NCBI RefSeq assembly: GCF_009914755.1
Contig: NC_060925.1
DNA: 64,000 bases
DNA from: the human T2T-CHM13v2.0 reference genome, Homo sapiens
Reading direction: 5' to 3' (one strand)
How positions within the stretch are numbered: the stretch's first letter is position 1; the number at the start of each line of letters is the position of its first letter. Both the position numbers and the translations under genes were made by a program. The notes below the pieces were generated by a model that was not told the origin of the DNA, made no database searches, and saw nothing but the letters and a program-made list of their open reading frames with translations. Below are positions 28,691 to 40,536 of this stretch, piece after piece.

Positions 28691-30289
28691 AGGCATGGGC
28701 TCCCTGGAGGCGGTGACTCCTGCTCACAGTCAGGAGGTTCCACTGGGGGTGTGGCATGGGGGGAGGGGCTGAGGGCAGCTTCTTGGCACCCGGGCTGCCC
28801 TGCCTCATGGGTGCCCTTCTCAGGGCCTCTGGCCCCGCCTCCCAAGCCGCCCTCCTTCCTTGCTTCTGTCTCCTGACCTTTCAGTCCAAAGGGGCCCCAG
28901 GGGCTGCTGGGAGGAAGGTCAGGCCCTTGTCCTACTCCACACCCTCTGCTCTGCCCCTAACCACCCGGTGGGGGGTTACAAAGGCCCCACCCTGGGTGTT
29001 CTTTCTCTTCAATCTCCAAGGAGGATGGTGGGTTCTGGGGATCTTGCCAAGGTGCAAGGGGAAGGGGTGGTCCTGAAGGGGGTGGGCGCTGGCTGCCAGG
29101 AGGGTCCCACCCAGAGATACTAGCCTGGGTTTGGCTGCTTCCCTCTGCCCACAGAAAACTCATGAGGTTCAGACCTCAAGCTACAGAGGGTGGGCAGCCC
29201 TGGCCGGGGAGCTGGCAGAAGGGCTCTGTGGCTTCTGAAGGGTTCGCAGTGATCAGAGTGTGAGCCCTGCACCCAGCCCTGCTTGCGGACGGGGGTTCTG
29301 GGCAGAGCAGTCTCTGTCTGATTCTCCAGGCCTGATGAGGTTTCTAGCTTCTGTTTCAGAATCCCCAGAACGAGTCCTCCTGCCCAGGCCTTGGGCATGT
29401 GTCAGGGCATCTGGGCAGGGCTGGGCCACAGAGCTAGGGGTCCCACGGCAAACTGCTCCTCACGGCCGCCCCGGCCAGGTCTCCCACGCTGAGTGCTGTT
29501 GGAAGCTTTGTCTATGGCCCTTTAGGTTGGCCAGGCCCTGGGAGGAGAAAGGCTTCGAGCTGCAGCCAGGCTGGGATCAGATCCCAGACACCACCCTGAG
29601 CCCGGGAAGTCTCTCCCTGGGGCCCGCTGGCTGTCCTAGCAGCCCCCTGCCATCACGCCCAGCAACCAGCCCAGGAGCTGCAGTCTGGCCTCAGGCTGCC
29701 TGGGTTGCTGGCCCAAATGGAAACAATGTCAAGGCCAGCCAAGCAGGAAGCTGGGACCGCCCTTTCTGGGGAGCTGGGAGTGGGCCAGGGTCCAGCCTGG
29801 CTGGAGGCTCCTGCTATGGGGAGAGGCCAGAGCCTTTCCGAGCCCACCTGCCCGACAGCCCTGGTGCCAGCAGGCCCTTTCTGGATGTCACAGTGTTCTT
29901 GTCTCTAAGGTACAAATCCACAGAGGGAGAAACAGATGCAGGGGCCTGGCCTACTCTCAGCAGGGGCTCCCTGGACTCTGAACCGACTCCCCAAGGCTGG
30001 CCCTGTGCATGCTCCTCCTTCCCGAACCCCAGGCCTGTCCAGCCCAGCAGCCCCCAGCCTGGCCCAAGGCCACCTGGTGACCTGGGCTGCCAAACTTGGG
30101 ACCCCTTATTCCCAGGTTCTCCCTACTTCTAGGTGACAGCAGGAGGCTTGGGTCCTAGCCTGGCACCTGCCAGACAAGAGAAACTGGGAAAGGAGGCTAA
30201 AGGCCAAGGAGGCTGCAGACCCCGAGACCTACCCCGGTCACTGGACACTCACAGATTTGCAGGTGCCCAGGGCAGTGCAACCCAGCCGC

Positions 30290-30483
30290 CCCAAACACCT
30301 GCACAGATGACTCTCTCCCCAGACACCCGCACAGACCGTCCCCCCAGACACCCACACAGACCATCCCCCCAGACACCCACACAGACCATCCCCCCAGACA
30401 CCCACACAGACCATCCCCCCAGACACCTGCACAGACCATCCCCCGCAAATACCTGCATGGATTGTCCCCCCAGACACCCGCAT
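30290..30483. repeat. 25-bp minisatellite
   Basis: AGACACCCACACAGACCATCCCCCC at 30321, 30346, 30371, 30396 and 30421, plus degenerate flanking copies. Confidence 0.92.
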
Positions 30484-31193
30484 AGCCAGAGCCCAGCACC
30501 CCGGAGGTGGACATTAATCCCATCTCCTAGGGAGATTGGGGGAAAATGGGTGTTCCCTGCCCCTCCTACTCTCTGGGTTGCTGTGGGATGTGGAGATCCA
30601 AGGAGCAGCCCCAGCTCAGGGGTCCAAGGAGGCAGGTGGGACGGGGGTCAGGGAAGTGCTTCCTGCAGCAGCCCTGGGGCCAGGGTGGGCCTTGAGGGCA
30701 CTAGCCTTTGTCCACACTGCTGTGGGGCTGCCCTCACCCAGCTTGCCGTGTCCACCCTGCCTTGGGGGCTGCCCTCAGGCCCTGGAGACGCCTGCCTGTG
30801 ACTGCCCCACACTCTCAGGCCAGGCTACTGGTGGCAGGTCCTGTGCTTTGGTGCACCCCAGACGTGCCCAACGGGCATTTCCTCTGCCCATTGGGAGCAG
30901 GGCCTCTCCCTCAGGTCTGCCCAGCTACGCTCTGGGCAGGAATGAGGTGCCCCACTTAGAGAAGATGCACAGGTCAGAAGAGGCTCACCAGCATTTCTGG
31001 GTGAGCCTCTTTCCGGCTGCTGGGACGACAGCCGGGCCTCTGGGGTCCCCACCTTCCTTGTCAGCTGCCTCCTGAAGTCAGGCCCTGGGTATCCAGGGCA
31101 GGAGGGAAGGGGCCCAGTGGTCCCGCTGCCCCAAAATCTGTGTCATTGAGCCACCAGCCCATCCCCAGTAGCTGGAGCCTCTGCCTCCTCACT

Positions 31194-31562
31194 TGTGAAT
31201 TCCAAAAATCTGAGACAGGTCTCAGCCAATTTGGGAAGTTTATTTTGCCAAAATTAAGGATGCACACCTGTGACACAGCCTCAGGAGGTCCTGACATGTG
31301 CCCAGGGTGGTCAGAGGACAGCTTGGTTTTATACATTTTAGGGAGATATGAGACATCAATCAACACATGTAAGATAGAGTTACATTCTTTTGAGTTTCTG
31401 ATGAGCCTTTCCAAAGAAGGCAATCAGATATGCATCTATCTCAGCGAGCGGGGGAATGACTTTGAATGGAATTGGAGGCAGGCTTGCCCTAAGCAGTTCC
31501 CAGCTTGACTTTTCCCTTTGGCTTAGTGATTTTGGGGCCCCAAGATTTATTTTCCTTTTACT
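31194..31562 (-). mobile_element. MER4A-like ERV1 LTR
   Basis: Minus strand begins AAAGGAAAATAAATCTTGGGGCCCCAAAATCACTAAGCCAAAGGGAAAAGTCAAGCTGGGAACTGCTTAGGGCAA. Confidence 0.88.
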
Positions 31563-31599
31563 CTCCTAAAAAGGTTTTTTTTTTTTCTTTTTTTTCCAG

Positions 31600-31867
31600 A
31601 TTGATCGCAGAGTTGAACAACAGAGAATGTGTGCACAGTGCCAGGCACAGGTGTGGTCAAGATTCACCTGGGAGAGGAAGTGGGCAGGGGCAGAGGAGTG
31701 TGCCCACCTGAGCTGAAAGGCTGCATGGCAGGTGACCATTATCACCAGTGTCGCCAGCCAGGTCACCTCTCTGAATTTTGTGGTTGCAACCTCCATGATT
31801 CCCTAGAGCTGTTTTTACCCAGAACTAATGAAAAATTCTGCACATTAAATTCATGCTATTAGAATCA
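31600..31867 (+). ncRNA. Candidate terminal exon of an antisense lncRNA (MMEL1-AS1-like)
   Basis: Very strong acceptor (long T tract then CCAG|) at 31599 and ATTAAA at 31844. Candidate upstream donor TGG|GTAAGA at 28321/28322. Confidence 0.45.
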
Positions 31868-31953
31868 CTGTTGTGGTTTCCATCTCCCAAGTAGACCCCA
31901 ACTGATACATAAATTCATACTAGGAGGGGGTCCCCAGAGACAGGCCCTCAAAG

Positions 31954-32671
31954 TGACACAGTCAGGTACCTCTTTGGTCACTTTGCCAGCCAGGTACCTC
32001 TGGCTGCTGACACCCCCCCTCCCCAGGCCTCTCTTGGCCATGCTACCTGCCGCAGGAGGTGGCCCACCCACTCAGCCTGCCTGGGCCACACCTGGCTGTT
32101 CACCAGCTCAGCCTGTGGCTGGGCTGGGCATGTTCCAGCCTGCTTGTGTTATAGCTTGTACCCATGTATGGCAGTTCCCAAGTTCTTGTCCCGTGTCCAA
32201 GAAGAATGAGGAGATGCTGCCAATCGAAGTGTGAGAAGGGCAGAGAAGAATTTTATTGAGAGACGGAACAGCTCTCAGCAGAGAGGGGATGCACGGGTGG
32301 TTCCCGACCTGAAGTCAGGTGGTTTCTCTCCTAGTGTGGCTGGGTCCGGGGCATTTATGGGCTCAGAATGGGGGAGTGCATGCTGATTGGCTTCTGATTA
32401 TGCAAAAAAGGCTTAAACAAAGGTACCACTCAAAGGTGGGCATGCCAGTGTAGAAAATGAATTAGGAAAAGATAGGTACATGTAAAATAGGTGAAGGGTG
32501 GGGATCAATCAGAGGAAAGCAGCCAAATGGGAAGATGGGTTCTCAATCCAGGCTGAGGATTTAATTTGTAGCTTGGCTTTCAGGCTTTAAACTGTCTTTG
32601 GCTCGGAGGTGGGGTTTCACTGGGAACCTGTCCCTGTCTGCCTAGGATTTGTCTGCCTCCTGTCACTATCA
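31954..32671 (-). mobile_element. ERV1 solo LTR (LTR27/LTR28/MER52-group-like) with 4-bp TSD
   Basis: Minus strand TG...CA termini (TGATAGTG...TGTGTCA). AAAG at 31950-31953 and 32672-32675. Internal AATAAA on the minus strand at 32252-32257. Confidence 0.82.
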
Positions 32672-32699
32672 AAAGGTGGGGTCCGGGGATTAGGTTAGT

Positions 32700-33750
32700 G
32701 TGGTTGTTGCTTGGGCTGGGCTGCAGGCCGATCTCCTGGCCAGTGGGAAGGGGAGGCTGTTGGCCCACAGTGTTGTTGGGGGAGCTTCACAGTTAACCAA
32801 GCCATCCCCCATGCTGGCTGTGAGGCACCAGCAGAATTGAGGGCCTCGGGAACCCACGTGCTGCTGTGTGAGGCTGTCACGGCCACGAGGATGACCACAA
32901 CCACGAGGGCTGTGGGGGGTCCCCTGAGTGTCCAGCAGCACTAACAGGAAGGAACCACACGTTCAGGTCTCTAAACTCAGTTTAAGTCATAGACAGAGAA
33001 TCAGGACTGCCATGGCCATGGAAGAGTCCCTTGTTCCTGAGAGCCTCGGGGCTGCTGCTGCTACAACTCGGATGCACAGTTTAACTCTGAGTTGTGTGAC
33101 TGCTGTGTGGCTCACACTCACAGCCTCACTACTGAAATGTGGGCACTGAGTGGGAAGGAACTGGATGCTGAAGCTTGGCATGGGGATGTCTGGTTGGGCT
33201 CAGATGAAGCTGAGAATTGTGAACCCCCTGGTTCTCTGAGCCTCTCCTTCCAGGGGAAGCAGCTTGTCCTCCAAGATCTGAGAGTAGCCTTTATTTATTT
33301 TTTTTGTTCTGCTTGAAAATGCTGTGATAAGCTTACCTGGCCAGGTGCCTAGAAATGATGCTCATTTTATTTAACCACCATAGCCACCCTGTTGCCTCTA
33401 GAACCTCAGTGTACTCCCAGGGAGGGGAAGGGTCAAGTACAAAGCCTGACTCAGGAAGGAACCACTTTCACACCAAAATGCTCGTAAGATGTTACAAATT
33501 CACACACGGAGACCTGGGAACCGTGTGGGAATGGAGGGTAGGGTATTAATGCAGCTGGACCGGCTTGGCTTTATTGATGCAGGTACACTTACTAGAGATT
33601 CTGAATTTAATGCGCTAGCTCACATTAGCTGCTGGAAATGACTCTACCAGTTTACTTGGTTGAATGAAATCTGGATTTGCTGGCGGTCTACAGTTAATGA
33701 AGGGGAGATGCTGGAATGTCCCTGGTGTAACGTCGAGGCAGGAATCGTGC
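32700..33750 (+). mobile_element. Highly degenerate ERVL internal (gag-like) sequence
   Basis: Peptide LSGKELDAEAWHGDVW resembles the ERVL gag segment LIGKEWDPxxWxGDVW. Confidence 0.55.
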
Positions 33751-34100
33751 AAAGCAAGGGCCACCCTCCGTCCCAGCCTGATTTCTCTCCACCTCCAGCT
33801 GAGCACTGAGGAAGACGCAGGCCGGGGGCTGCCCAGGGAAGTGGTGGATCTGCAGACAGCGTGAGCTCCTGGAGCGTCAGGACCCAGAGCAGCTGTGGAC
33901 ATGCCCCTCCAGGCGGGACACCCAGGCCTCAGGGACGAGTGCGTCCATGCCTTAAGGGCTGCTGGTTGTGGGTGTCTGCTTGGTCCTGGAGAAACTACCT
34001 CAGGAAAAGCCAGGGCTGGACCCCAGCAGGGATGGGATAAGGGGAACCGAGACTCACCCACTGTGCTCAGGGCAGAGGTGGTGGGCCGCGGGAACGGGCA

Positions 34101-34443
34101 TGTCTTTGTCTATCTGGACTGCCCCAACAGAATAGCAGAGACAGGTGGTTCATCAACAGATACTTATTTCTCACAGTTCTGGAGGCTGGAAGCCCAAGAT
34201 GAAGGTGCCAGCTCGCTCTCTAGTGAGGATCCCTTCCTGGTTCACAGACAGCTTCTCACTGGGTCTCCACATGGTGGAGGGGCTTGGGAGAACTCTGGGG
34301 TCTCTTTTATAAGGACACTAATCCCACTCATGAGGTTCCACCCCTGGTCATCTCCCAAAAGCCCCACTTCTGATACCATAACCTTGGGGGTTAGGATCGC
34401 AACACATAAAGTTTGGGGGAATGCAGACATTCAGAGCCCAGCA
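34101..34443 (-). mobile_element. MLT1A-like MaLR LTR
   Basis: TTATTTCTCACAGTTCTGGAGGCTGGAAG.CCAAGATGAAGGTGCCA...TCTCTTTTATAAGGACACTAATCCC. Confidence 0.85.
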
Positions 34444-36241
34444 AGGAGCCAGGCCAAAGGCTGATGAGAGATACCTGCTGGGTGAGCTGGTGGTAGAGGG
34501 GGCAGCCCCCTGGTGGGGGAGAAACACAGCGATCCTGAGGTCCAGGAGGAGCCTCAGCGGGGCTGGCATCTACACTCAGCCTTGCACGGATGGATGGGGC
34601 AGGACATCCCAGGCGAGGAGGACGGTAGGAGCAGGGAACGTGGTGGGGAAGGGCACCCCTAGGGGACGCCTCCCCACTGCCTCCACCTGGCCCCGACATT
34701 GGAGCAGGCCCTTCTGCTGTGACCAGGCTCTCTGGACCAGCCCTTGCCTCCTCTGCCTCAGTGCCGACTGGCCCACCTGACCCGAGGAACTTGCGTGTCC
34801 CTGAACTTAGCTCTTGGGCTGCTGACAGGTGTTTGTTGAGTCCTTGAGCACACGGGTGAAGACAGGGAGGGAAGGGTGGATGGGGAGCTGGCAGGCGGAA
34901 GATGGATCAAATTGGTGCCTGCGCTGGGGAACCCCGGAAGAGGGGGACTGCGTGAAGATTCCGAGCGGGGAAGGCGAGGAGCGGGGCTGAAGGTCCCTGT
35001 CAGGGCCCTCTCCCACTGTGGGCTGCCCATCCCCGAGGTACTCAAGGTGGGAGGCACTGACCCTTTACCCAGACCCCTGTGGCCAGAGACACATAGGCGG
35101 TGCCAGCTGATGAAGGTGCATGGGGGTTGAGGAGTGGGTGAGGCCTGAGGAGGAGGGGGGCTACCCAGCCCTGCACCTGCCGCCTGGGGGCCCCACTTCC
35201 ATGCAGGGCGAGGAATAGGGCCCCTCCCTGCCTGACCCCCTGGACTGGGGTTCGTCAGATGATCCCAGAAGCGAAGTGGGTGGAGAGGCAGGGGGTCTAT
35301 CTGTGGGTTCAAGACCATGGAAGGAAGCGGCAGAGAAGGGGACAGAAATGGGACAAATGCAAGTGCCCAGGAGGAGAGAGAAGCCAGGAGGGGGGGTCGT
35401 GGCCCTGTCTCCCCAGGGTGAAGTCAGGCAGGGCTTGGGGGCACGTTTTGCACCGAGTCAGCTCACCCAGCATGTCTCTCGCCCATGGCCATGAGAGAAA
35501 GCCCCGGGCTGAGGCCTCAGTCTGTGACACTCACAGTGATGGGCAAAGGCTGGCTGCCTCTGCCCCACCCAGAAGTCCCCAAGCTCACTGGCAGCTGCAA
35601 GGCCTGGGGACATTTAACGCACGTATAGGAACAAGCTGTTCTCTCGCTCTGTGGAAGCACTGATACCTCCCAGCAGCTTCGGGAGACAGGTCTGGTGGGA
35701 GCCTGGGGACTGTGCTCATCAGGGCCCCTCGGTGGTCCCTCTGCTTGGAAGGGAGGGGCCTGTGGAGGAGGGAGGAAGTTTACCCCCAGCACACTGGATT
35801 CTCGATGAAGGGCCCCCATGAAAGCACCCTGAAAGGTCAGCTTGGGGTATGGGCTGGCTGGGCCCATTTGGGAGCTCTGTCTCTGGAGAGGGCTCAGGCT
35901 CTACTGGAGGCTGGCCCAAGGCTCAGGGTCCAAGCAAAACGCAGCTTCACACCCAGGGAGGGGCTTCTGGGGCTGGTACCATCTCCCCAAGGGCCCCAGG
36001 AGTCTGGCCTCAAACCTGTCCAACCTGTAGGATCCCAGGCCAGGGACGAGACCTGGGGCTGCTTCTTCAAGGTCTGAGCCCCAGGTGTGGGCCAAGAGGG
36101 CCCCAACTGCAGGGACCAGGTTGCTGGTGGTAGAAGGGACTGTGAAGCTTCTAGGATGGTCCCTTCATGCAAGTAGGAAGCTGTCCCCTGTCCTTCCCAA
36201 GGCAGAGGTGTGAGGCTGGCTGTCCAACACTGACTCATGCT

Positions 36242-36508
36242 GGGGCAGGGAAGCGGGGTGTGGGGAGGGCAGGGAAGGGGGGTGTGGGGAGGGCTGGGAA
36301 GGGAGGTATGGGGAGGGCTGGGAAGGGAGGTATGGGGAGGGCTGGGAAGGTGGTGTGGGGAGGGCTGGGAAGGGGGAGGGCTGGGAAGGGGTGTGTGGGG
36401 AGGGTGGGAAGGGGGGCTGTGGGGAGGGTTGGGAAGGGGGGTTGTGGGGAGGGTTGGGAAGGGGTGTGTGGGGAGGGCTGGGAAGGGGGTGTGGAGAGGG
36501 CAGGGCAG
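36242..36508. repeat. G-rich ~24-bp minisatellite in the TTC34 3'UTR
   Basis: GGGGAGGGCTGGGAAGGGAGGTAT-like units, about 11 copies. Confidence 0.92.
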
Positions 36509-36611
36509 GTACCTCCCCGATTTAGGGAGCTGGGTACACCCCTGGGCCTGGACATCAGGTGCAGATGCTAGGGTGGCCCCGTGATTAGGGCTGGGAGAGG
36601 GTCAGGCCCAG

Positions 36612-37139
36612 TCACTGTAGCCAGCAGCCTGAGGATGCCTCCCTCCGGATTCTGGCCTTCAGTCTCTTCAGGCCACGGTGGTCGGGGTCCACCAGGAGGC
36701 CGCTCTCTACCGCCGTCCAGGCCTCTGCGTGACGCTGCTCCTCCAGGCAGCACTGCCCGCGGAGAAGGAACATGCGTGCAGTGGGGGCCCGGCCTGGCTG
36801 CCTGCACAGGCTGTTCTGGGCCAAGGAGGGCGCCAGCTTCAGGGCCTGGGCAAAGGCCCCTGCGGCCGCCGCCTCATCCCCCAGGCTCAGCAGCAGGCGA
36901 CCCTGACGGCAGAAGTCCTCTGCCCGCCTTGGGAGGTCACCATCCCCCAGCGCCTCCTGGAGCACATGGTCCAGGTCCCTAAGGGCCCGGCCAAACTCCT
37001 GCAGCTCGGCCAGGCAGGTGGCCCGCAGACGCAGGTGACAGGCACTGCTGCCACTGGCCAGGACAGACAGCGAACAGTAGCCCAGCGCCTGCCTGGGTTG
37101 CCCTGCGTCCAGGAGGGTGCCGGCTTCCTGGGCCGCCGC
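36612..37139 (-). CDS. TTC34: TTC34 last coding exon with stop codon
   Basis: Acceptor CCTCTGTGCAG|. 528 nt translating AAAQEAGTLLDAGQPRQALGY...RREASSGCWLQ*, with TPR-like repeats; TGA at 36612-36614. Confidence 0.92.
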   Translation of the reverse strand, partial: AAAQEAGTLLDAGQPRQALGYCSLSVLASGSSACHLRLRATCLAELQEFGRALRDLDHVLQEALGDGDLPRRAEDFCRQGRLLLSLGDEAAAAGAFAQALKLAPSLAQNSLCRQPGRAPTARMFLLRGQCCLEEQRHAEAWTAVESGLLVDPDHRGLKRLKARIRREASSGCWLQ

Positions 37140-37829
37140 CTGCACAGAGGACACAGAGAGAGGCAGGGAGAGTGGGGTCAGCCCCAAAAGCCCGGCCGCC
37201 CCTGCCCTGCAGAGGTCCTCTGCACAGCCAGCTTCTGCTGGCTCCCTGGGGATGGCGGGGCCCTGGGCTGCACAGGAGCTGCCCGCTGCTTCTGGAGGGG
37301 CTGGCTGACCATGGGCAAGGGCAGGAAGGGGGACCCAGGGTAGAGGACCCCTCCCTGCAATTCCCACTGCCCTGGAACCTGCCAAAGTGCTGTTCCGACC
37401 CTTGGCCCAAGGCCTGGCATCCTTGCCCACTGCTCTTCTCCCTGGGCCTCGGATCAGGGACCTGGATTTACCTCCTCATGGTCCCCTCCTGGCAGCCCTA
37501 CCGCCCCACCGGCTGGGCCCAGGTTCCCTTGCCTGGGTGACCACACCGGCCTCCTCCCTCGGTCCCTCTGGGCCAAGTCACCTCTCCATCGGGCCCTCTG
37601 AGGGGGCTGCTGCCCAGCCCTTCCACTCTGCCCACCTTCTGAAGGCTGCTCCAGGCCTCTGAGCACGTGCACCCTAGCCCCTCTCCCTGGGGCTGCTGGA
37701 CGGAGGGCACAGCCTGTGCTGTGGGCTGCTGCTGGCCAGGCCTGCCTGCCCCCCCCACTCCTCCCGGGCACTTTCCTGAGCCCACCCAGGCCCAATCGCC
37801 TCATCTCTGACCCAGTTTTTTCACAGAGT

Positions 37830-38930
37830 CAACCACGACCAGAAATCCGCTCGCCTCGCTGGGCTCCTCCTCCGCTCAAGAACCTGCAGGGGTTCCCCGC
37901 TGCCTGAGGAACACGCCAAGGTGCAGGCCCCGCCTTTCTCGCTGGCGCTGCCTCTCTTCCAGCAGCCCGGCGGTCCTCGACGCTACCTCCCCCGGGGGGC
38001 GCAGCGCACCCAGGACCCCGCCAGGCTTGGCCGCACGGGGCGAAGCCGAGGCCCACGCCCGGGGTCCGTGCAGGGAGCGAGGGGGTCCCACGGCCCCGGC
38101 TTTGCTGCTGGGCTCCCGCAGGGCACAGTGTGGCCTCTTCTGCCAGCTGTGAGCGGCGCTGAGCAGGGCAGGGGCTCGAAACCCCGTCCCTCGCCTGCGG
38201 TGCGGCCCGCGGGACCGCCCCTCTCCGGGCGGAGGCACCTGACCCCGACCCGTAGTTCACGGCCCGGGGTGGTAGTGAAGCCTCGGCCCGCGCAGGACCC
38301 GCACATTTGGGCCGGGTCCATGGCAGCAGGAGGGCGAGGCCCCGAGCAGCTGTCGGACCCCGGGAGCCCCCAGGCCGCCCCAGTGGGGAAGGGCGCTCAA
38401 TCCGACCCCAGACTCCCCTGAGCCCGCGGCTCGGGCCGCGCAGGCGCAGTGCCACCCGGAGGGGGCCGCCTGCCGAGGGGCGGGGCGCAGGAAGCGGGGC
38501 GAAACCACTGTTGGCTCATTTCCGGGTGGGTCCCCGTCTCCAGGCAACCATTTCGCGTCCTGCAGATTCTTGCCTGTGCCGGGAGCCGCCTCCTGGCGCC
38601 GCAGCCCAGCCGTATTCTGCAGCCTCGGAGACCCGCGTCCAGCCCCGCCTCCGGGCTCGGTGACCCCCGTTCAGGAGACCCCATCTAGCCGCCTCCTCTG
38701 GGCTCCGGGACCATGGCCCCAGCCAGGCTTCCCGCCCCCTGCCAGGCCCTGCTCCCACCTCGAAGACCCCAGCACAGACCCCTCCTCCTGGCTTGGAAAC
38801 GCCCAGTCCCTCTGGGAGCTCTGAGACCCCACCCCGCCCAGCCCGGCCGCCTCCTCTAGGTCCCGATAACCCAATCTCAGCGTTGCTCTTCAGCTCGGGG
38901 GGGGCAGCGGCGCCCCCTCTGCAGCACCGA
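37830..38930. promoter_or_regulatory. CpG island inside the last TTC34 intron
   Basis: CpG-dense. GC box 38477-38486, X-box-like GTCTCCAGGCAAC 38536-38548, CCAAT at 38871. Confidence 0.8.
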
Positions 38931-39507
38931 ACTGCCCCTTACACTGGTGTAGCCCCGACTCCGCCATGAGCTCCCTGTTCTTCCTAGTGTGGTTTCTGTT
39001 TTCCTAAGTGGCCCCGGAGTGCTAGAACCCGCTGGTGTCAGGAAGCATTAAGGAGGTGAAATCCTGCCCAGGCCCCACTGGGGTGTAGTTCTGCCTCTGG
39101 GACCCCAAAGCCTGCTGTGCTCTTGGCCTCCCAGCCTGCCTTGTCCCCACGTGCCTTCTCCCGGCCTGCCATGGGTTTGGGGTGGGCTTCCTGCCGGGCA
39201 AGGTGCCCCTGGCTGGCTCAGTCTGGCCCTGAGGGCAAGGTCCTCTTCCCTCTCTTGCACCCAAGTCACCTGTGGCTTATACTTCCCATACAAAGAGGCT
39301 GAGAGGTCGGTGGGGTTGTAGGGCTAAGGTGGCCAGAGACCGTCTTCCTGGGCCAGAAGTGGGTGCCTCCCACCCCACCCCAAACCTAACTGAAATCAAC
39401 CCAACCGCAGAGAGTGAAGAAAGGCTGCCCCAGTGGTGGGCCCGGGGGTCTCATGCCTGTGTGCTGGGGAAGGTTGGGGTGGGAGATCTGTGGGGTTCTT
39501 TGGGCAC

Positions 39508-39722
39508 CTGGGCAAGGCTCTGCCGCTCCGAGGCCTCCAGGAGATGCAGCAGGCAGCTGAGATCCGGGGCATCCACCTCGGCCAGGCTCTGCAGGTCCCT
39601 TGCAGCCCCTGGCACGTCTCCCTTCTTGAGCTGGAGCAGGCCCAGCCGGGCCCGGGCTGCCTCTGACGTTGGGGCACGGTGCAGGGCTTTTTCCAGGTGG
39701 GTGCCAGCTTCCTCGTAGCTGC
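39508..39722 (-). CDS. TTC34: TTC34 penultimate coding exon
   Basis: 215 nt, phase 1-0. Translates GSYEEAGTHLEKALHRAPTSEAARARLGLLQLKKGDVPGAARDLQSLAEVDAPDLSCLLHLLEASERQSLAQ (TPR pattern). Confidence 0.9.
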
Positions 39723-40536
39723 CTGTCAGGGATTCAGGAGGGACAGTCAGTGTGTGGGGTTGGGCAGAGGTGCGAGAGAGCTGAGACTCGCTGGCCGCTC
39801 CTTCCCTGCCCTGTGCTGGCTTGCGGGGAGCTGATGATGGCTCAGCCCAGGAAGAAGGAGCTGGGAGCAGAGGTGCACCGTGATTCCAGGCAGGTCACAG
39901 GGACTCACCTCTGACCCCACTCCATGATGCTGAGCTACCACACCGTGGGCACTACAAGGGGCTGCTTTCTCTCCCGGGCAACTAGAGGCAAACTCTGGGC
40001 CTGCTGGCGCAGAGTGGCATGTGGGGAGCAGCCCTGGGGCCCCTGAAGCCCTTGGTGGGCAAATGCAGACTGCAGAGAGAGCTCCCCTTTGGAATTAGTG
40101 GTGAAGTGGTTTCCACATCACCAGGGGGATGTGGAAATCCGCGGGAAGGGCCTGCATGTCGGCCCATGGGGCTTCTGACAGTTCCTCCTGGAACAGGGCC
40201 TGCCATCCCGTGGGTGCCCGAGAAACAACGACTGGAGGTGCATGGATGAATGAGGGGGCCGAGGGTCCAAGACCTTTCAAAGACCAAGATCACCCCTCGG
40301 TTTCTCCTCCATTGCAAGCAAAGAGCCACCCGGGTAAAGCAGAGGAGAGCCTTTTGAACGCCAGGCCTCACACAGGGAGCAGGGCCAGAGGTCATGGGAT
40401 TTGGGGTGGAAGGGACCTTGGAAGCTGTTGTGGTCCGGGTCTCTTTCTTCCATTTTTACAGAACAGGATACAGAGGTCAGAGGAGCGGGGACAGAAGCCC
40501 AGACCCCGTGTTTCCCACCTTGGGGCCGCCGCATAC

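Noticed and set aside
37140-37430. N-terminal extension of the 272-aa ORF as a single-exon gene
   Set aside because: It starts at GTG with no in-frame ATG, and a clear acceptor at 37139 joins the upstream TTC34 exon in frame.
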